Source: Eledone cirrhosa
Taxonomy: Eukaryota
DNA length: 64,000 nt
Direction of reading: 5' to 3'
Assembly (NCBI GenBank): GCA_964016885.1
Contig: OZ024766.1
Location: 14,632,001 to 14,696,000 of the forward strand
The notes under the pieces were generated by a model that did no database searches, was not told the origin of the DNA, and saw only the letters and a list, made by a program, of their open reading frames with translations. The position numbers were made by a program, and so were the translations under genes. Positions 37,180 to 50,742 of this stretch are shown here, one piece after another. The first letter of the stretch is position 1. Each line of letters begins with the position of its first letter.

Positions 37180-40100
37180 GATTGTTGTTGTTGTTGGTGG
37201 TGGTGGTGATGGTGGTGGTGGTGGTGGTGGTGGTGGTGGTGGTGGTGTTGGTGGTGGTGGTGTTGGTGGTGGTGGTGTTGTTGGTGGTGGTGGTGTGGTG
37301 GTGGTGTGGTGGTGGTGGTGTTGGCGTGGTGGTGTTGGTGGTGGTTGTGGTGTTGTGGTGGTGGTGGCGTGGTGGTGTTGGTGGTGGTGGTGGTGGTGTA
37401 GTGGTGGTGGTGGTGTAGTGGTGGTGGTGGTGGTGTAGTGGTGTTGGTGGTGGTGATGGTGGTGGTGGTGATGGTGGTGTTGGTGTTTGGTGTTGGTGGT
37501 GGTGGTGGTGGTGGTGGTGGTGGTAGTGGTGGTGGTGGTGGTGGTGGTGGTGTGGTGGTGTTGGTGGTGGTGGTGGTGGTGGTGGTGGTGGTGTTTGGTG
37601 TTGGTGGTGGTGGTGTTGGTGTTTGGTGTTGGTGGTGGTGGTGTTGGTGTTTGGTGTTGGTGGTGGTGTTGGTGGTGGTGGTGGTGGTGGTGTTGGTGGT
37701 GGTGGTGGTGGTGGGGGTGGTGGTGGTGGTGTTTGGTGGTGGTGGTGGTGGTGTAGTGGTGGTGTTGGTGGTGTAGTGGTGGTGGTGGTGGTGTAGTGGT
37801 GGTGTTGGTGGTGTTGGTGGTGGTGTTGGTGGTGGTGGTGGTGGTGGTGTTTGGTGGTGGTGGTGTAGTGGTGGTGTTGGTGGTGTAGTGGTGGTGGTGG
37901 TGGTGTAGTGGTGGTGTTGGTGGTGTTGGTGTTGGCGGTGGTGGTGGTGGTGGTGTTTGGTGTTGGTGATGGTGGTGTTGGTGTTTGGTGTTGGTGGTGG
38001 TGTTGGTGGTGGTGGTGGTGGTGGTGTTGGTGGTGGTGGTGGTGGTGGGGGTGGTGGTGGTGGTGTTTGGTGGTGGTGGTGGTGGTGTAGTGGTGGTGTT
38101 GGTGGTGTAGTGGTGGTGGTGGTGGTGTAGTGGTGGTGTTGGTGGTGTTGGTGGTGGTGGTGGTGGTGTTGGCGGTGTTGGTGGTGGTGTTGGTGGTGGT
38201 GGTGGTGGTGGTGTTTGGTGGTGGTGGTGTAGTGGTGGTGTTGGTGGTGTAGTGGTGGTGGTGGTGGTGTAGTGGTGGTGTTGGTGGTGTTGGTGTTGGC
38301 GGTGGTGGTGGTGGTGGTGTTGGTGGTGGTGGTGTTGGTGGTGGTGTTTGGTGTTGGTGTAGTGGTGGTGGTGGTGGTGTGGTGGTGTTGGTGGTGGTGT
38401 TGGTGGTGGTGGTGGTGTGGTGGTGTTGGTGGTGGTGTTGGTGGTGGTGGTGGTGGTGGTGGTGGTGGTGGTGGTGGTGGTGATGGTGGTGGTGGTGGTG
38501 TTGGCGGTGGTGGTGGTGGTGTTGGCGGTGGTGGTGGTGGTGGTGGTGGTGGTGGTGGTGTTGTGGTGGTGGTGGTGTTTGGTGGTGGTGTTGGTGGTGG
38601 TGGTGGTGGTGGTGTGTGGTGGTGGTGGTGTTTGGTGGTGGTGGTGGTGTGGTGTTGGTGGTGGTGGTGGTGGTGGTGTTTGTTGGTGGTGTTGTTGGTG
38701 GTGGTGGTGGTGGTGTTGGTGGTGGTGGTGGTAGTGGTGGTGGTGTTGGTGGTGGTGGTGTGGTGGTGGTGGTGGTGTTTGGTGGTGGTGGTGGTGGTGC
38801 TGTTTGGTGATGGTGTGGTGGTGGTGGTGGTGGTGGTGGTGATGGTGGTGTTGTTGGTGGTGGTGGTGGTGGTGTGGTGGTGGTGGTGGTGGTGGTGGTG
38901 TTTGGTGGTGGTGTGGTGTGGTGTTGGTGGTGGTGGTGGTGTGGTGTTGGTGTTGGTGGTGTTTGGTGGTGGTGGTGTTTGGTGGTGGTGGTGGTGGTGG
39001 TGGTGTTGTTGTTGGTGGTGGTGTGGTGGTGGTGGTGGTGTTGTTGTTGGTGGTGGTGGTGGTGGTGGTGGCGGTGGTGGCGGTGGTGGTGGTGGTGGTG
39101 GTGTTGGTGGTGGTGGTGGTGATGGTGGTGGTGGTGGTGATGGTGGTGGTGGTGGTGGCGGTGGTGGTGTGGTGGTGGTGGTGGTGGTGGTGTTTGGTGG
39201 TGGTGGTGGTGTTGTTGTTGGTGGTGGTGTGGTGGTGGTGGTGGTGTTGGAGGTGGTGTTGTTGGTGGTGGTGGCAGTGGTGGCGGTGGTGGTGGTGGTG
39301 GTGTTGGTGGTGGTGGTGGTGATGGTGGTGGTGTGGTGGTGGTGATGGTGGTGGTGGTGGTGGTGGCGGTGGTGGTGGTGGTGGTGATGGTGGTGGTGGT
39401 GGTGGTGTTGTTGGTGGTGGTGTGGTGCTGGTGTGGTGGTGGTGGTGTTGGCGGTGGTGGTGGTGGTGGCGGTGGTGGTGGTGGTGGTGGTGGAGGTGGT
39501 GGTGGTGGTGGTGGTGTTGGTGGTGGTGGTGGTGGTGGTGGTGTTGGTGGTGTGGTGTTGGTGTGGTGATGTTGGTGGTGGTGGTGTTTGGTGGTGGTGG
39601 TGGTGGTGTAGTGGTGGTGTTGGTGGTGGTGTGGTGTTGGTGGTGTGGTGTTGGTGTGGTGGTGGTGGTGTAGTGGTGGTGTTGGTGGTGGTGTGGTGGT
39701 GGTGATGGTGGCGGTGGTTGTGTTGTTGGCAGTGGTGGCGGTGGTGTGGTGGTGGTGGTGTAGTGGTTGTGGTGTAGTGGTGGTGATGGTGGCGGTGGTT
39801 GTGTTGTTGGCGGTGGTGGCGGTGGTGTGGTGGTGGTGTTGGTGGTGGTGTGGTGTTGGTGGTGTGGTGTTGGTGTGGTGGTGGTGGTGTAGTGGTGGTG
39901 TTGGTGGTGTGGTGGTGGTGTGGTGGTGGTGTAGTGGTGGTGATGGTGGCGGTGGTTGTGTTGTTGGCGGTGGTGGCGGTGGTGTGGTGGTGGTGTTGGT
40001 GGTGGTGTGGTGTTGGTGGTGTGGTGGTGGTGTTGTGGTGTTGGTGGTGGTGGTGGTGTTGTGGTGTTGGTGGTGTTGGTGGTGTGGTGGTGGTGTGGTG

Positions 40101-40268
40101 GTGGTGGTGTAGTGGTGGTGTTGGTGGTGTGGTGGTGGTGGTGTGGTGGTGTAGTGGTTGTGGTGTAGTGGTGGTGATGGTGGCGGTGGTTGTGTTGTTG
40201 GCGGTGGTGGCGGTGGTGTGGTGGTGGTGGTGTAGTGGTGTAGTGGTGGTGTTGGTGGGGGTGGTGGT
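37180..40268. repeat. Degenerate (GGT)n/(GTT) trinucleotide array with internal block duplications
   Basis: Directly visible. Confidence 0.97.
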
Positions 40269-40586
40269 AAGTTACGTCCATGCTTTAAAAGTTAATTATA
40301 TATACATGCTCATATATACATAAATATTTCCACATACATATACGTGTTTATACATACATGCACACACATATAAACACACGTGTATGTGTGTGTATATATA
40401 TATATATACGTATATGTGTGTGTCTATTGATTAGACAGGTTCTATCTGACCAATGCCCTAATCAATAATTAATCAGCTAATTAGCTAATCACTATTGTCA
40501 TACATGCAAGATACATTTCAAACACACACACATGCATATATATATATATTTATATACATATATATATGTGGGTATGTGTGTGTTTC

Positions 40587-43500
40587 ATCATCATCATCAT
40601 CTTCATTTTACGTCCGCTTTTTCCCTGCTTGCCAGGGTGGGACAGGGAACTGATTCTGGCTTGATTTCTACAGCTGGATGCCCTTCCTAACACCAACCTC
40701 ATTTACAGTGAGTGCTGGGTGCTTTTTTTGCTGTGGCACCTCCACGACCACTTTACAGTGAGTGCTGGGTGCTTTTTTGTTGTGGCACCTCCACGACCAC
40801 TTTACAGTGAGTGCTGGGTGCTTTTTTGTCAAGACACCTCCACGTCCTCTTTACAGTGAGTGCTGGATGCTTTTTTGCCGTGGCACCTCCACGACCACTT
40901 TACAGTGAGTGCTGGGTGCTTTTTTTGCTGTGGCACCTCCACGACCACTTTACAGTGAGTGCTGGGTGCTTTTTTTGCTGTGGCACCTCCACAACCACTT
41001 TACAGTGAGTGCTGGGTGCTTTTTTTGCTGTGGCACCTCCACGACCACTTTACAGTGAGTGCTGGGTGCTTTTTTGCCGTGGCCCCTCCACGACCACTTT
41101 ACAGTGAGTGCTGGGTGCTTTCTTGATGTGGCACCTCCACGACTACTTTACAGTGAGTGCTGGGTGCTTTCTTGCTGTGGCACCTCCACGACCACTTTAC
41201 AGTGTGGGATGGGTGTGTTTATGCCGTGGCACCTCCACGACCACTTTACAGTGAGTGCTGGGTCCTTTTTTGCTGTGGCACCTCCACGACCACTTTACAG
41301 TGAGTGCTGGGTGCTTTTTTGCCGTGGCACCTCCACGACCACTTTACAGTGAGTGCTGGGTGCTTTCTTGATGTGGCACCTCCACGACCACTTTACAGTG
41401 TGGGATGGGTGTGTTATTGCTGTGGAACCTCCACAACAACTTTACAGTGAGTGCTGGGTGTTTTTTTGCTGTGGCACCTCCACGACCACTTTACAGTGTG
41501 GGATGGGTGTGTTATTGCTGTGGAACCTCCACAACAACTTTACAGTGAGTGCTGGGTGTTTTTTTGCTGTGGCACCTCCACGACCACTTTACAGTGAGTG
41601 CTGGGTGCTATTTTGCTGTGGCACCTCCACGACCACTTTACAGTGTGGGGTGGGTGCTTTTTGCCGTGGGACCTCCACTTCCACTTTACAGTGAGTGCTG
41701 CGTGCTTTTTTGCTGTAGCACCTCCACGACCACTTTACAGTGAGTGCTGGGTGCTTTTTTGCTGTGGCACCTCCACAACCACTTTACAGTGAGTGCTGGG
41801 TGCTTTTTTGCCGTGGCACCTCCACGACCACTTTACAGTGTGGGCTGAGTGCTTTTTTGCTGTGGCACCTCCACGACCACTTTACAGTGAGTGCTGGGTG
41901 TTTTTTGTTGTGGCACCTCCACGACCACTTTACAGTGAGTGCTGGGTGCTTTTTTGCTGTGGCACCTCCACGACCACTTTAAAGTGTGGGATGGGTGTGT
42001 TTTTGCCGTGGCACCTCCACGACCACTTTACAGTGTGGGATGGGTGTGTTATTGCTGTGGCACCTCCACAACAACTTTACAGTGTGGGCTGGGTGTTTTT
42101 TTGCTGTGGCACCTCCACGACCACTTTACAGTGAGTGCTGGGTGCTATTTTGCTGTGGCACGTCCACGACCACTTTACAGTGTGGGGTGGGTGCTTTTTG
42201 CCGTGGGATCTCCACTTCCACTTTACAGTGAGTGCTGCGTGCTTTTTTGCTGTGGGACTCCACAACCACTTTACAGTGAGTGCTGGGTGCTTTTTTGCTG
42301 TAGCACCTCCACGACCACTTTACAGTGAGTGCTGGGTGCTTTTTTGCTGTGGCACCTCCACAACCACTTTACAGTGAGTGCTGGGTGCTTTTTTGCCGTG
42401 GCACCTCCACGACCACTTTACAGTGTGGGCTGAGTGCTTTTTTGCTGTGGCACCTCCACGACCACTTTACAGTGAGTGCTGGGTGCTTTTTTGCCGTGGC
42501 ACCTCCACGACCACTTTACAGTGTGGGCTGGGTGCTTTTTTGCTGTGGCACCTCCACGACCACTTTACAGTGAGTGCTGGGTGCTTTTTTGTTGTGGCAC
42601 CTCCACGACCACTTTACAGTGAGTGCTGGGTGCTTTTTTGTCAAGACACCTCCACGTCCTCTTTACAGTGAGTGCTGGTTGCTTTTTTGCCGTGGCACCT
42701 CCACGACAACTTTACAGTGAGTGCTGGATGCTTTTTTGCCGTGGCACCTCCACGACCACTTTAAAGTGTGGGATGGGTGTGTTTTTGCTGTGGCACCTCC
42801 ACGACCACTTTACAGTGAGTGCTGGGTGCTTTCTTGCTGTGGCACCTCCACGACCACTTTACAGTGTGGGATGGGTGTGTTTTTGCTGTGGCACCTCCAC
42901 GACTACTTTACAGTGAGTGCTGGGTGCTTTCTTGCTGTGGCACCTCCACGACCACTTTACAGTGTGGGATGGGTGTGTTTTTGCCGTGGCACCTCCACGA
43001 CCACTTTACAGTGAGTGCTGGGTCCTTTTTTGCTGTGGCACCTCCACGACCACTTTACAGTGAGTGCTGGGTGCTTTTTTGCCGTGGCACCTCCACGACC
43101 ACTTTACAGTGTGGGATGGGTGTGTTATTGCTGTGGCACCTCCACAACAACTTTACAGTGAGTGCTGGGTGTTTTTTTGCTGTGGCACCTCCACGACCAC
43201 TTTACAGTGAGTGCTGGGTGCTATTTTGCTGTGGCACCTCCACGACCACTTTACAGTGTGGGGTGGGTGCTTTTTGCCGTGGGACCTCCACTTCCACTTT
43301 ACAGTGAGTGCTGGGTGCTTTTTTGCCGTGGCACCTCCTCGACCACTTTACAGTGTGGGCTGAGTGCTTTTTTGCTGTGGCACCTCCACAACCACTTTAC
43401 AGTGAGTGCTGGGTGCTTTTTTGCCGTGGCACCTCCTCGACCACTTTACAGTGTGGGCTGAGTGCTTTTTTGCTGTGGCACCTCCACGACCACTTTACAG

Positions 43501-46500
43501 TGAGTGCTGGGTGTTTTTTGTTGTGGCACCTCCACGACCACTTTACAGTGAGTGCTGGGTGCTTTTTTGTCGAGACACCTCCACGTCCTCTTTACAGTGA
43601 GTGCTGTGTGCTTTTTTGCTGTGGCACCTCCACGACCACTTTATAGTGTAGGCTGGGATCTTTTTTCCCATGGCCCCTCCACGACCACTTTACAGTGAGT
43701 GCTGGGTGCTTTTTTGCCGTGTCACCTCCACGACCACTTTACAGTGAGTGTTGGGTGATTTTCTGCTGTGGCACCTCCACAAACACTTTACAGTGAGTGC
43801 TGGGTGCTTTTTTGCCATGGCCCCTCCACGACCACTTTACAGTGAGTTCTGGGTGCTTTTTTGCTGTGGCACCTACACGACCACTTTACAGTGAGTGCTG
43901 GGTGCTTTTTTGCTGTGGCACCTCCACGACCACTTTACAGTGAGTGCTGGGTGCTTTTTTGCCGTGGCACCTCCACGACCACTTTACAGTGAGTGCTGGG
44001 TGCTTTTTTGCCATTGCACCTCCACGACCACTTTACAGTGAGTGCTGGGTGCTTTTTTGCCGTGGCACCTCCACGACCACTTTACAGTGAGTGCTGGGTG
44101 CTTTTTTGCCGTGGCACCCCCTCGTCCACTTTACAGTGAGTGCTGGGTGCTTTTTTGCCGTGGCACCTCCACGACCACTTTACAGTGAGTGTTGGGTGCT
44201 TTTTTGCCGTGGCACCTCCACGACCACTTTACAGTGAGTGCTGGGTGCTTTTTTTGCCGTGGCACCTCCACGACCACTTTACAGTGAGTGCTGGGTGCTT
44301 TTTTGCCGTGGCACCCCCACGTCCACTTTACAGTGAGTGCTGGGTGCTTTTTTGCCGTGGCACCTCCACGACCACTTTACAGTGAGTGTTGGGTGCTTTT
44401 TTGCCGTGGCACCTCCACGACCACTTTACAGTGAGTGCTGGCTGCTTTTTTGCCGTGGCACCTCCACGACCACTTTACAGTGAGTGCTGGCTGCTTTGTT
44501 GCTGTGGAACCTCCACAACAACTTTACAGTGTAGGCTGGGTGTTTTTTTTGCTGTGGCACCTCCACGACCACTTTACAGTGTGGGATGGGTGCTTTTTTG
44601 CCGTGGCACCTCCACAACAACTTTACAGTGAGTGCTGGGTGCTTCCTTGCTGTGTCACCTCCACGACCACTTTACAGTTTGGGATGGGTGTGTTTCTGCT
44701 ATGGCACCTCCACAACAACTTTACAGTGTACGCTGGGTGTTTTTTTGCTGTGGCACCTCAACGACCACTTTACAGTGAGTGCTGGGTGCTTTCTTGCTGT
44801 GGCACCTCCACGACCACTTTACAGTGAGTGCTGGGTCCTTTTTTGCTGTGGCACCTCCACGACCACTTTACAGTGAGTGCTGGGTGCTTTTTTGCCGTGG
44901 CACCTCCACGACCACTTTACAGTGAGTGCTGGGTGCTTTCTTGCTGTGGCACCTCCACGACCACTTTACAGTGTGGGCTGGGTGCTTTTTTGCTGTGGCA
45001 CCTCCACGACCACTTTACAGTGAGTGCTGGGTGCTCTTTTGCCGTGGCACCTCCACGACCACTTTACACTGAGTGCTGGGTGCTTTCTTGCTGTGGCACC
45101 TCCACGACCACTTTACAGTGTGGGATGGGTGTGTTTTTGCCGTGGCACCTCCACGACCACTTTACAGTGTGGGATGGGTGTGTTATTGCTGTGGCACCTC
45201 CACAACAACTTTACAGTGTGGGCTGGGTGTTTTTTTGCTGTGACACCTCCACGACCACTTTACAGTGAGTGCTGGGTGCTATTTTGCTGTGGCCCCTCCA
45301 CGACCACTTTACAGTGAGTGCTGGGTGCTTTTTTGCCGTGTCACCTCCACGACCACTTTACAGTGAGTGTTGGGTGATTTTCTGCTGTGGCACCTCCACA
45401 ACCACTTTACAGTTAGTGCTGGGTGCTTTTTTGCCATGTCCCCTCCACGACCACTTTATAGTGAGTGCTGGGTGCTTTTTTTCCGTGGCACCTCCACGAC
45501 CACTTTACAGTGAGTGCTGGGTGTGTTTTTTCTGTGGCACCTCCACGACCACTTTACAGTGAGTGCTGGGTGCTTTTTTGCCGTGGCACCTCCACGACCA
45601 CTCTACAGTGAGTGCTGGGTGCTTTTTTGCCGTGGCACCTCCACGACCACCTTACAGTGAGTGCTGGGTGCTTTTTTGCCGTGGCACCTCCACGACCACT
45701 TTACAGTGAGTGCTGGGTGCTTTCTTGCTGTGGCACCTCCACGACCACTTTACAGTGTGGGATGGGTGTGTTATTGCTGTGGCACCTTCACAACAACTTT
45801 ACAGTGTGGGCTGGGTGTTTTTTTGCTGTGGCACCTCCACGACCACTTTACAGTGAGTGCTGGGTGCTATTTTGCTGTGGCACCTCCACGACCACTTTAC
45901 AGTGTGGGGTGGGTGCTTTTTGCCGTGGGACCTCCACTTCCACTTTACAGTGAGTGCTGCGTGCTTTTTTGCTGTGGGACCTCCACGACCACTTTACAGC
46001 GAGTGCTGGTTGCTTTTTTGCTGTAGCACCACCACGACCACTTTACAGTGAGTGCTGGGTGTTTTTTTGCTGTGGCACCTCCACGACCACTTTACAGTGA
46101 GTGCTGGGTGCTTTTTTGCCGTGGCACCTCCACGACCACTTTACAGTGTGGGCTGAGTGCTTTTTTGCTGTGGCACCTCCACGACCACTTTACAGTGAGT
46201 GCTGGGTGCTTTTTTCCTGTGGCGCCTCCACGACCACTTTATAGTGTAGGCTGGGTTCTTTTTTGCCGTGGCCCCTCCACGACCACTTTACTGTGTGTGC
46301 TGGGTGCTTTTTTGCCGTGGCACCTCCACGACCACTTTACAGTGAGTGCTGGGTGCTTTTTTGCTGTGGCACCTCCACGACCACTTTACAGTGGAATGAT
46401 AGGGACCCCAGTCCCTATCATCTCATTTCTACAGTTGAGTAAACTGGAGCAATGTGAAATAAAGTGTCTTGCTCAAGGAAACAACACATCACCCGGTCTG

Positions 46501-46564
46501 AGTATTGAACTCACAACCTTTCTGTTGCAAGGCCAATGCTCTAACCACTGAGCCATGTGTCTCC
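40587..46564 (-). mobile_element. SINE family A with both ends intact and an internal 49-bp unit expanded about 116 times (40703-46393)
   Basis: Tail 40587-40702 and body/head 46394-46564 match 820-1161; unit TTTACAGTGAGTGCTGGGTGCTTTTTTGCCGTGGCACCTCCACGACCAC. Confidence 0.97.
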
Positions 46565-46623
46565 ATATATATATATAAAGATACAACGGCGATTTGGTAA
46601 GCCGTCATTACGTTTATTGATTT

Positions 46624-46706
46624 GTGACACGCGTTTCGCTATTGATCAGCTCATGGTTCGATCTGTATTGATCTGGTCCGACTCTGGAATTAAAAGCTCA
46701 TCGGAC
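46624..46706 (-). ncRNA. Variant hammerhead motif (CCGATGA core, GUC site)
   Basis: Reverse complement reads GT-CCGATGA-GC...GATCAATAGC-GAAA-CGCGTG-TC-AC, then AATAAA; lies in an island between TA tracts; stem I very short. Confidence 0.5.
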
Positions 46707-46751
46707 TTCTGGTGTTGTAATGGACGTACAGAAACTTCACGTTACACTCCC

Positions 46752-46818
<67 letters not shown>

Positions 46819-46893
46819 GTATATGTACGTATGTATATATATATATAGGTATGTATATATATATATATAGGTATGTATATATATATATATAGG

Positions 46894-46938
<45 letters not shown>

Positions 46939-46951
46939 ATGTATGTGTATA

Positions 46952-46995
<44 letters not shown>

Positions 46996-47008
46996 TATAT
47001 ATATATAT

Positions 47009-47126
<118 letters not shown>

Positions 47127-47710
47127 TTAAAATATATGATAAACACGAAATGTGTTTATATTGCAACAGACAAAGTCAGCTATTAATGAAATAAACTAAT
47201 TAAAGTGAATACAATTTGTCTGTCTCGATATAAGTCAATAAAGACAAGCTTATATTGGCAACTGCCATGATTCCTGGACAGATTTAAATTTCAAAATTCA
47301 AACCTGTTCCGTAGACGAATTTGAACCTCGAAACCTAAATAAATGTCGCAACGGTGGAATGTGAATTGAAAAATAAAGAGAATCGAAATGGAATGGAAAT
47401 AAAAGAGTGAAATATCCAAATCTTCTGTGCTTATCAACAGGAATCCAGTAAAATTAGTACATCTCACATCAAAAATTTTGCAGGTCTGACTACACGTGTG
47501 TAGGCAGGCCAAAACGAGCCGTCCCGCATTCACGGTGCTAGAAATAACAGCCGCTTATGCAGGATTAAGGATCAGCTCTACAATAAAGGAGCCATACATT
47601 ATATTATATTTTGAGAATAAACTCTCAGTCGTTTACAATAATTAAGCTCCAGGAAAAGGGGCTCTTCCGAGCAGTTAAATACATTTAAAATATATGATAA
47701 ACGTATATAT

Positions 47711-47763
<53 letters not shown>

Positions 47764-48103
47764 TTCATTTTCATTTTTTTCATTTTACGTCCGCTTTTAC
47801 CCTGCTTGCAAGAGTGGGACAGGAACTGATTCTAGCTTGATTTCTACAGCTGGATGCCCTTCCTAACACCAACCTCATTTACAGTGTGGGCTGGGTGCTT
47901 TTTTGCCATGGCACCTCCACGTCCACTTTACAGTGGAATGATAGGGACCCCAGTCCCTCTCATCTCATTTCTACAGCTGAGTAAACTGGAGCAATGTGAA
48001 ATAAAGTGTCTTGCTCAAGGAAACAACACATCACCCGGTCTGAGAATTGAACTCACAACCTTTCGATTGCAAGGCCAATGCTCTAACCACTAAGCCATGT
48101 GCC

Positions 48104-48106
<3 letters not shown>
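47764..48106 (-). mobile_element. SINE family A, full length, unexpanded
   Basis: Colinear with 820-1161. Confidence 0.92.
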
Positions 48107-48172
<66 letters not shown>

Positions 48173-48240
48173 TAGATAATATATATATATATATATATAT
48201 AATATATATATATAATATATATATATAATATATATATATA

Positions 48241-48280
<40 letters not shown>

Positions 48281-48309
48281 TATATATAATATATATATAT
48301 AATATATAT

Positions 48310-48352
<43 letters not shown>

Positions 48353-48366
48353 TATATAATATATAT

Positions 48367-48529
<163 letters not shown>

Positions 48530-48530
48530 T

Positions 48531-48630
<100 letters not shown>

Positions 48631-48737
48631 ATATATATATATATAATTTATATAATATATATATTATATATATATATATATATAATATATATATATATAA
48701 TATATATATATATATATAATATATATATATATAATAT

Positions 48738-48868
<131 letters not shown>

Positions 48869-48869
48869 C

Positions 48870-49225
48870 GATATTAAACAAATGGAAACTATATTTATAA
48901 AACCATATTTATTTCATTATACATATTTCAGGATACCATATTAAAAAATATGGCATGCCTTCGTCAGATAAAATACAATATATAAACAGTTTTATAAATA
49001 ATTTTGACGTACCATAATATAAGCGACCATTAAATTAGGAGGCTGCCTTGGTATATTTTTAATATGGTATCCCTGAAATATGTATAATGAAATAAATATG
49101 GTTTTATAAATATAGTTTCCATTTATTTAATATCGTATGTCTACTCCAAAAACTTGTCGAGTGCTTTATAATCAGTTATAAAATATTTACTTGTTGTAAC
49201 CCAACAATTTTAAATAAAACTTTTG
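48870..49225. mobile_element. pLTR-like fold-back module (family C); hammerhead 48911-48974 (-), partial copy about 49055-49092 (+)
   Basis: Inverted arms; reverse complement reads ATTTTAT-CTGACGA-AGG..CCT-GAAA-TATGTA-TA-ATGAAAT. Confidence 0.8.
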
Positions 49226-49227
49226 CA

Positions 49228-49595
49228 TATCATCATCATCATCATCAACGTTTAACGTCCGTGTTCCACGCTTGCATGGGTTTGGACGGGGGTAGTCCCA
49301 CTTGAGGCAAGAGTGATTGTCTTGCTCGCATAGGACTGTCTGGCAGGTTTTCTACAGTTGGATGCCCTTCCTAACACCAACCACATTTACAGTGTGGGGC
49401 TGGGAGGTTTTTACCGTGTTGCCTACACGGCCACATTACAGCGTGGACTGTGTGTTTTTTTGTCGTGACACCTACACGATCTCATTTGTTTCGGCCTGGA
49501 TGGTGTGGCACCAACACAACTTTACATAGAACGGGGTGGCGTGGATGGGGTGGGGGTGGTGGGACGGGTATTTTGTTAGAGATGCCTACTGGCTG
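49228..49595 (-). mobile_element. RTE 3' UTR-only copy
   Basis: Reverse complement of about 14225-14594, including the (GAT)n tail. Confidence 0.9.
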
Positions 49596-49656
<61 letters not shown>

Positions 49657-49816
49657 AAAGTTTGTCCTTCATCAGTGATCCTCCAACCATCATAGGCATT
49701 TCATCGCTTTAAAGACCATATACCTCCGGTTGGTGCGAGCAACGGCTAAAAAAAGTCGTTGGGACACGTAAATAAAGGGGACGCGAGGGTAAACAAACAA
49801 AATGGTGAAGCAACAG

Positions 49817-49856
<40 letters not shown>

Positions 49857-49858
<2 letters not shown>

Positions 49859-50245
49859 AAAGTTTTATTTAAAATTGTTGGCATACAACAAGGAAATATT
49901 TTATAACTGATATAAAGCACTCGACAAGTTTTTGGAGTAGATATACGATATTAAATAAATGGAAACTATATTTATAAAACCATATTTATTTCATTATACA
50001 TATTTCAGGGATACCATATTAAAATATGGCATGCCTTCGTCAGATAAAATACAATATATAAACAGTTTTATAAATAATTTTGACGTACCCTATTAGAAGC
50101 GACCATTATTTTTGGAAGCTGTCTGGATGTTTATATATTGTATTTTATCTGACGAAGGCATGCCATATTTTAATATGGTATCCCTGAAATATGTATAATG
50201 AAATAAATATGGTTTTATTAATATAGTTTCCATTTATTTAATATC

Positions 50246-50250
<5 letters not shown>
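49857..50250. mobile_element. pLTR-like fold-back module (family C) with hammerheads 49988-50050 (-) and 50142-50204 (+)
   Basis: ATTTTAT-CTGACGA-[AGG-ATGCCATATT/AATATGGTAT-CCT]-GAAA-TATGTA-TA-ATGAAAT on both strands. Confidence 0.87.
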
Positions 50251-50300
<50 letters not shown>

Positions 50301-50302
<2 letters not shown>

Positions 50303-50728
50303 GTAGGAGGTGAGTTTTATTGTAGTACAATAAAGCAATGCAGATATCGGATAAGAAGCACTCTACAGTTTGTAGGACTGGAGTATAAAAAATATATAAG
50401 ATCAAAAGATGGTTAAAAGAGTTCCATGTATTTTATTATTCGCATTTCAAAAACAAATTTCATCATGCAATAACATTTGCGTTTTCGTCAGATAAAATAG
50501 GGAGACATGATATGAAGGTTAAAACAGACTTGTGAATAGTGCAGTTTTAAATCAACATAATATGTTGATTTAAAACTGCACTATTCACAAGTCTGTTTTA
50601 ACCTTCATATCATGTCTCCCTATTTTATCTGACGAAAACGCAAATGTTATTGCATGATGAAATTTGTTTTTGAAATGCGAATAATAAAATACATGGAACT
50701 CTTTTAACCATCTTTTGATCTTATATAT
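50301..50728. mobile_element. pLTR-like module (family A') with a near-perfect palindrome of about 335 bp centred at 50560; hammerheads 50429-50499 (-) and 50621-50691 (+)
   Basis: Homologous to about 4530-4790; TATTTTAT-CTGACGA-..-GAAA-TGCGAA-TA-ATAAAATA. Confidence 0.85.
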
Positions 50729-50742
50729 ATATATACATATAT

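Noticed and set aside
37111-40281. 1056-aa His/Pro/Thr-rich extensin- or mucin-like ORF
   Set aside because: Translation of (CCA)n microsatellite with constant frame drift
40703-46393. CRISPR-like look (conserved CACCTCCACGACCACTTTACAGTG with variable intervals)
   Set aside because: The intervals are homologous variants of one SINE segment, not unique spacers; no cas genes; eukaryotic context
49652-49690. Minus-strand CTGATGA-AGGAC
   Set aside because: Truncated by a TA tract; no GAAA/UH half
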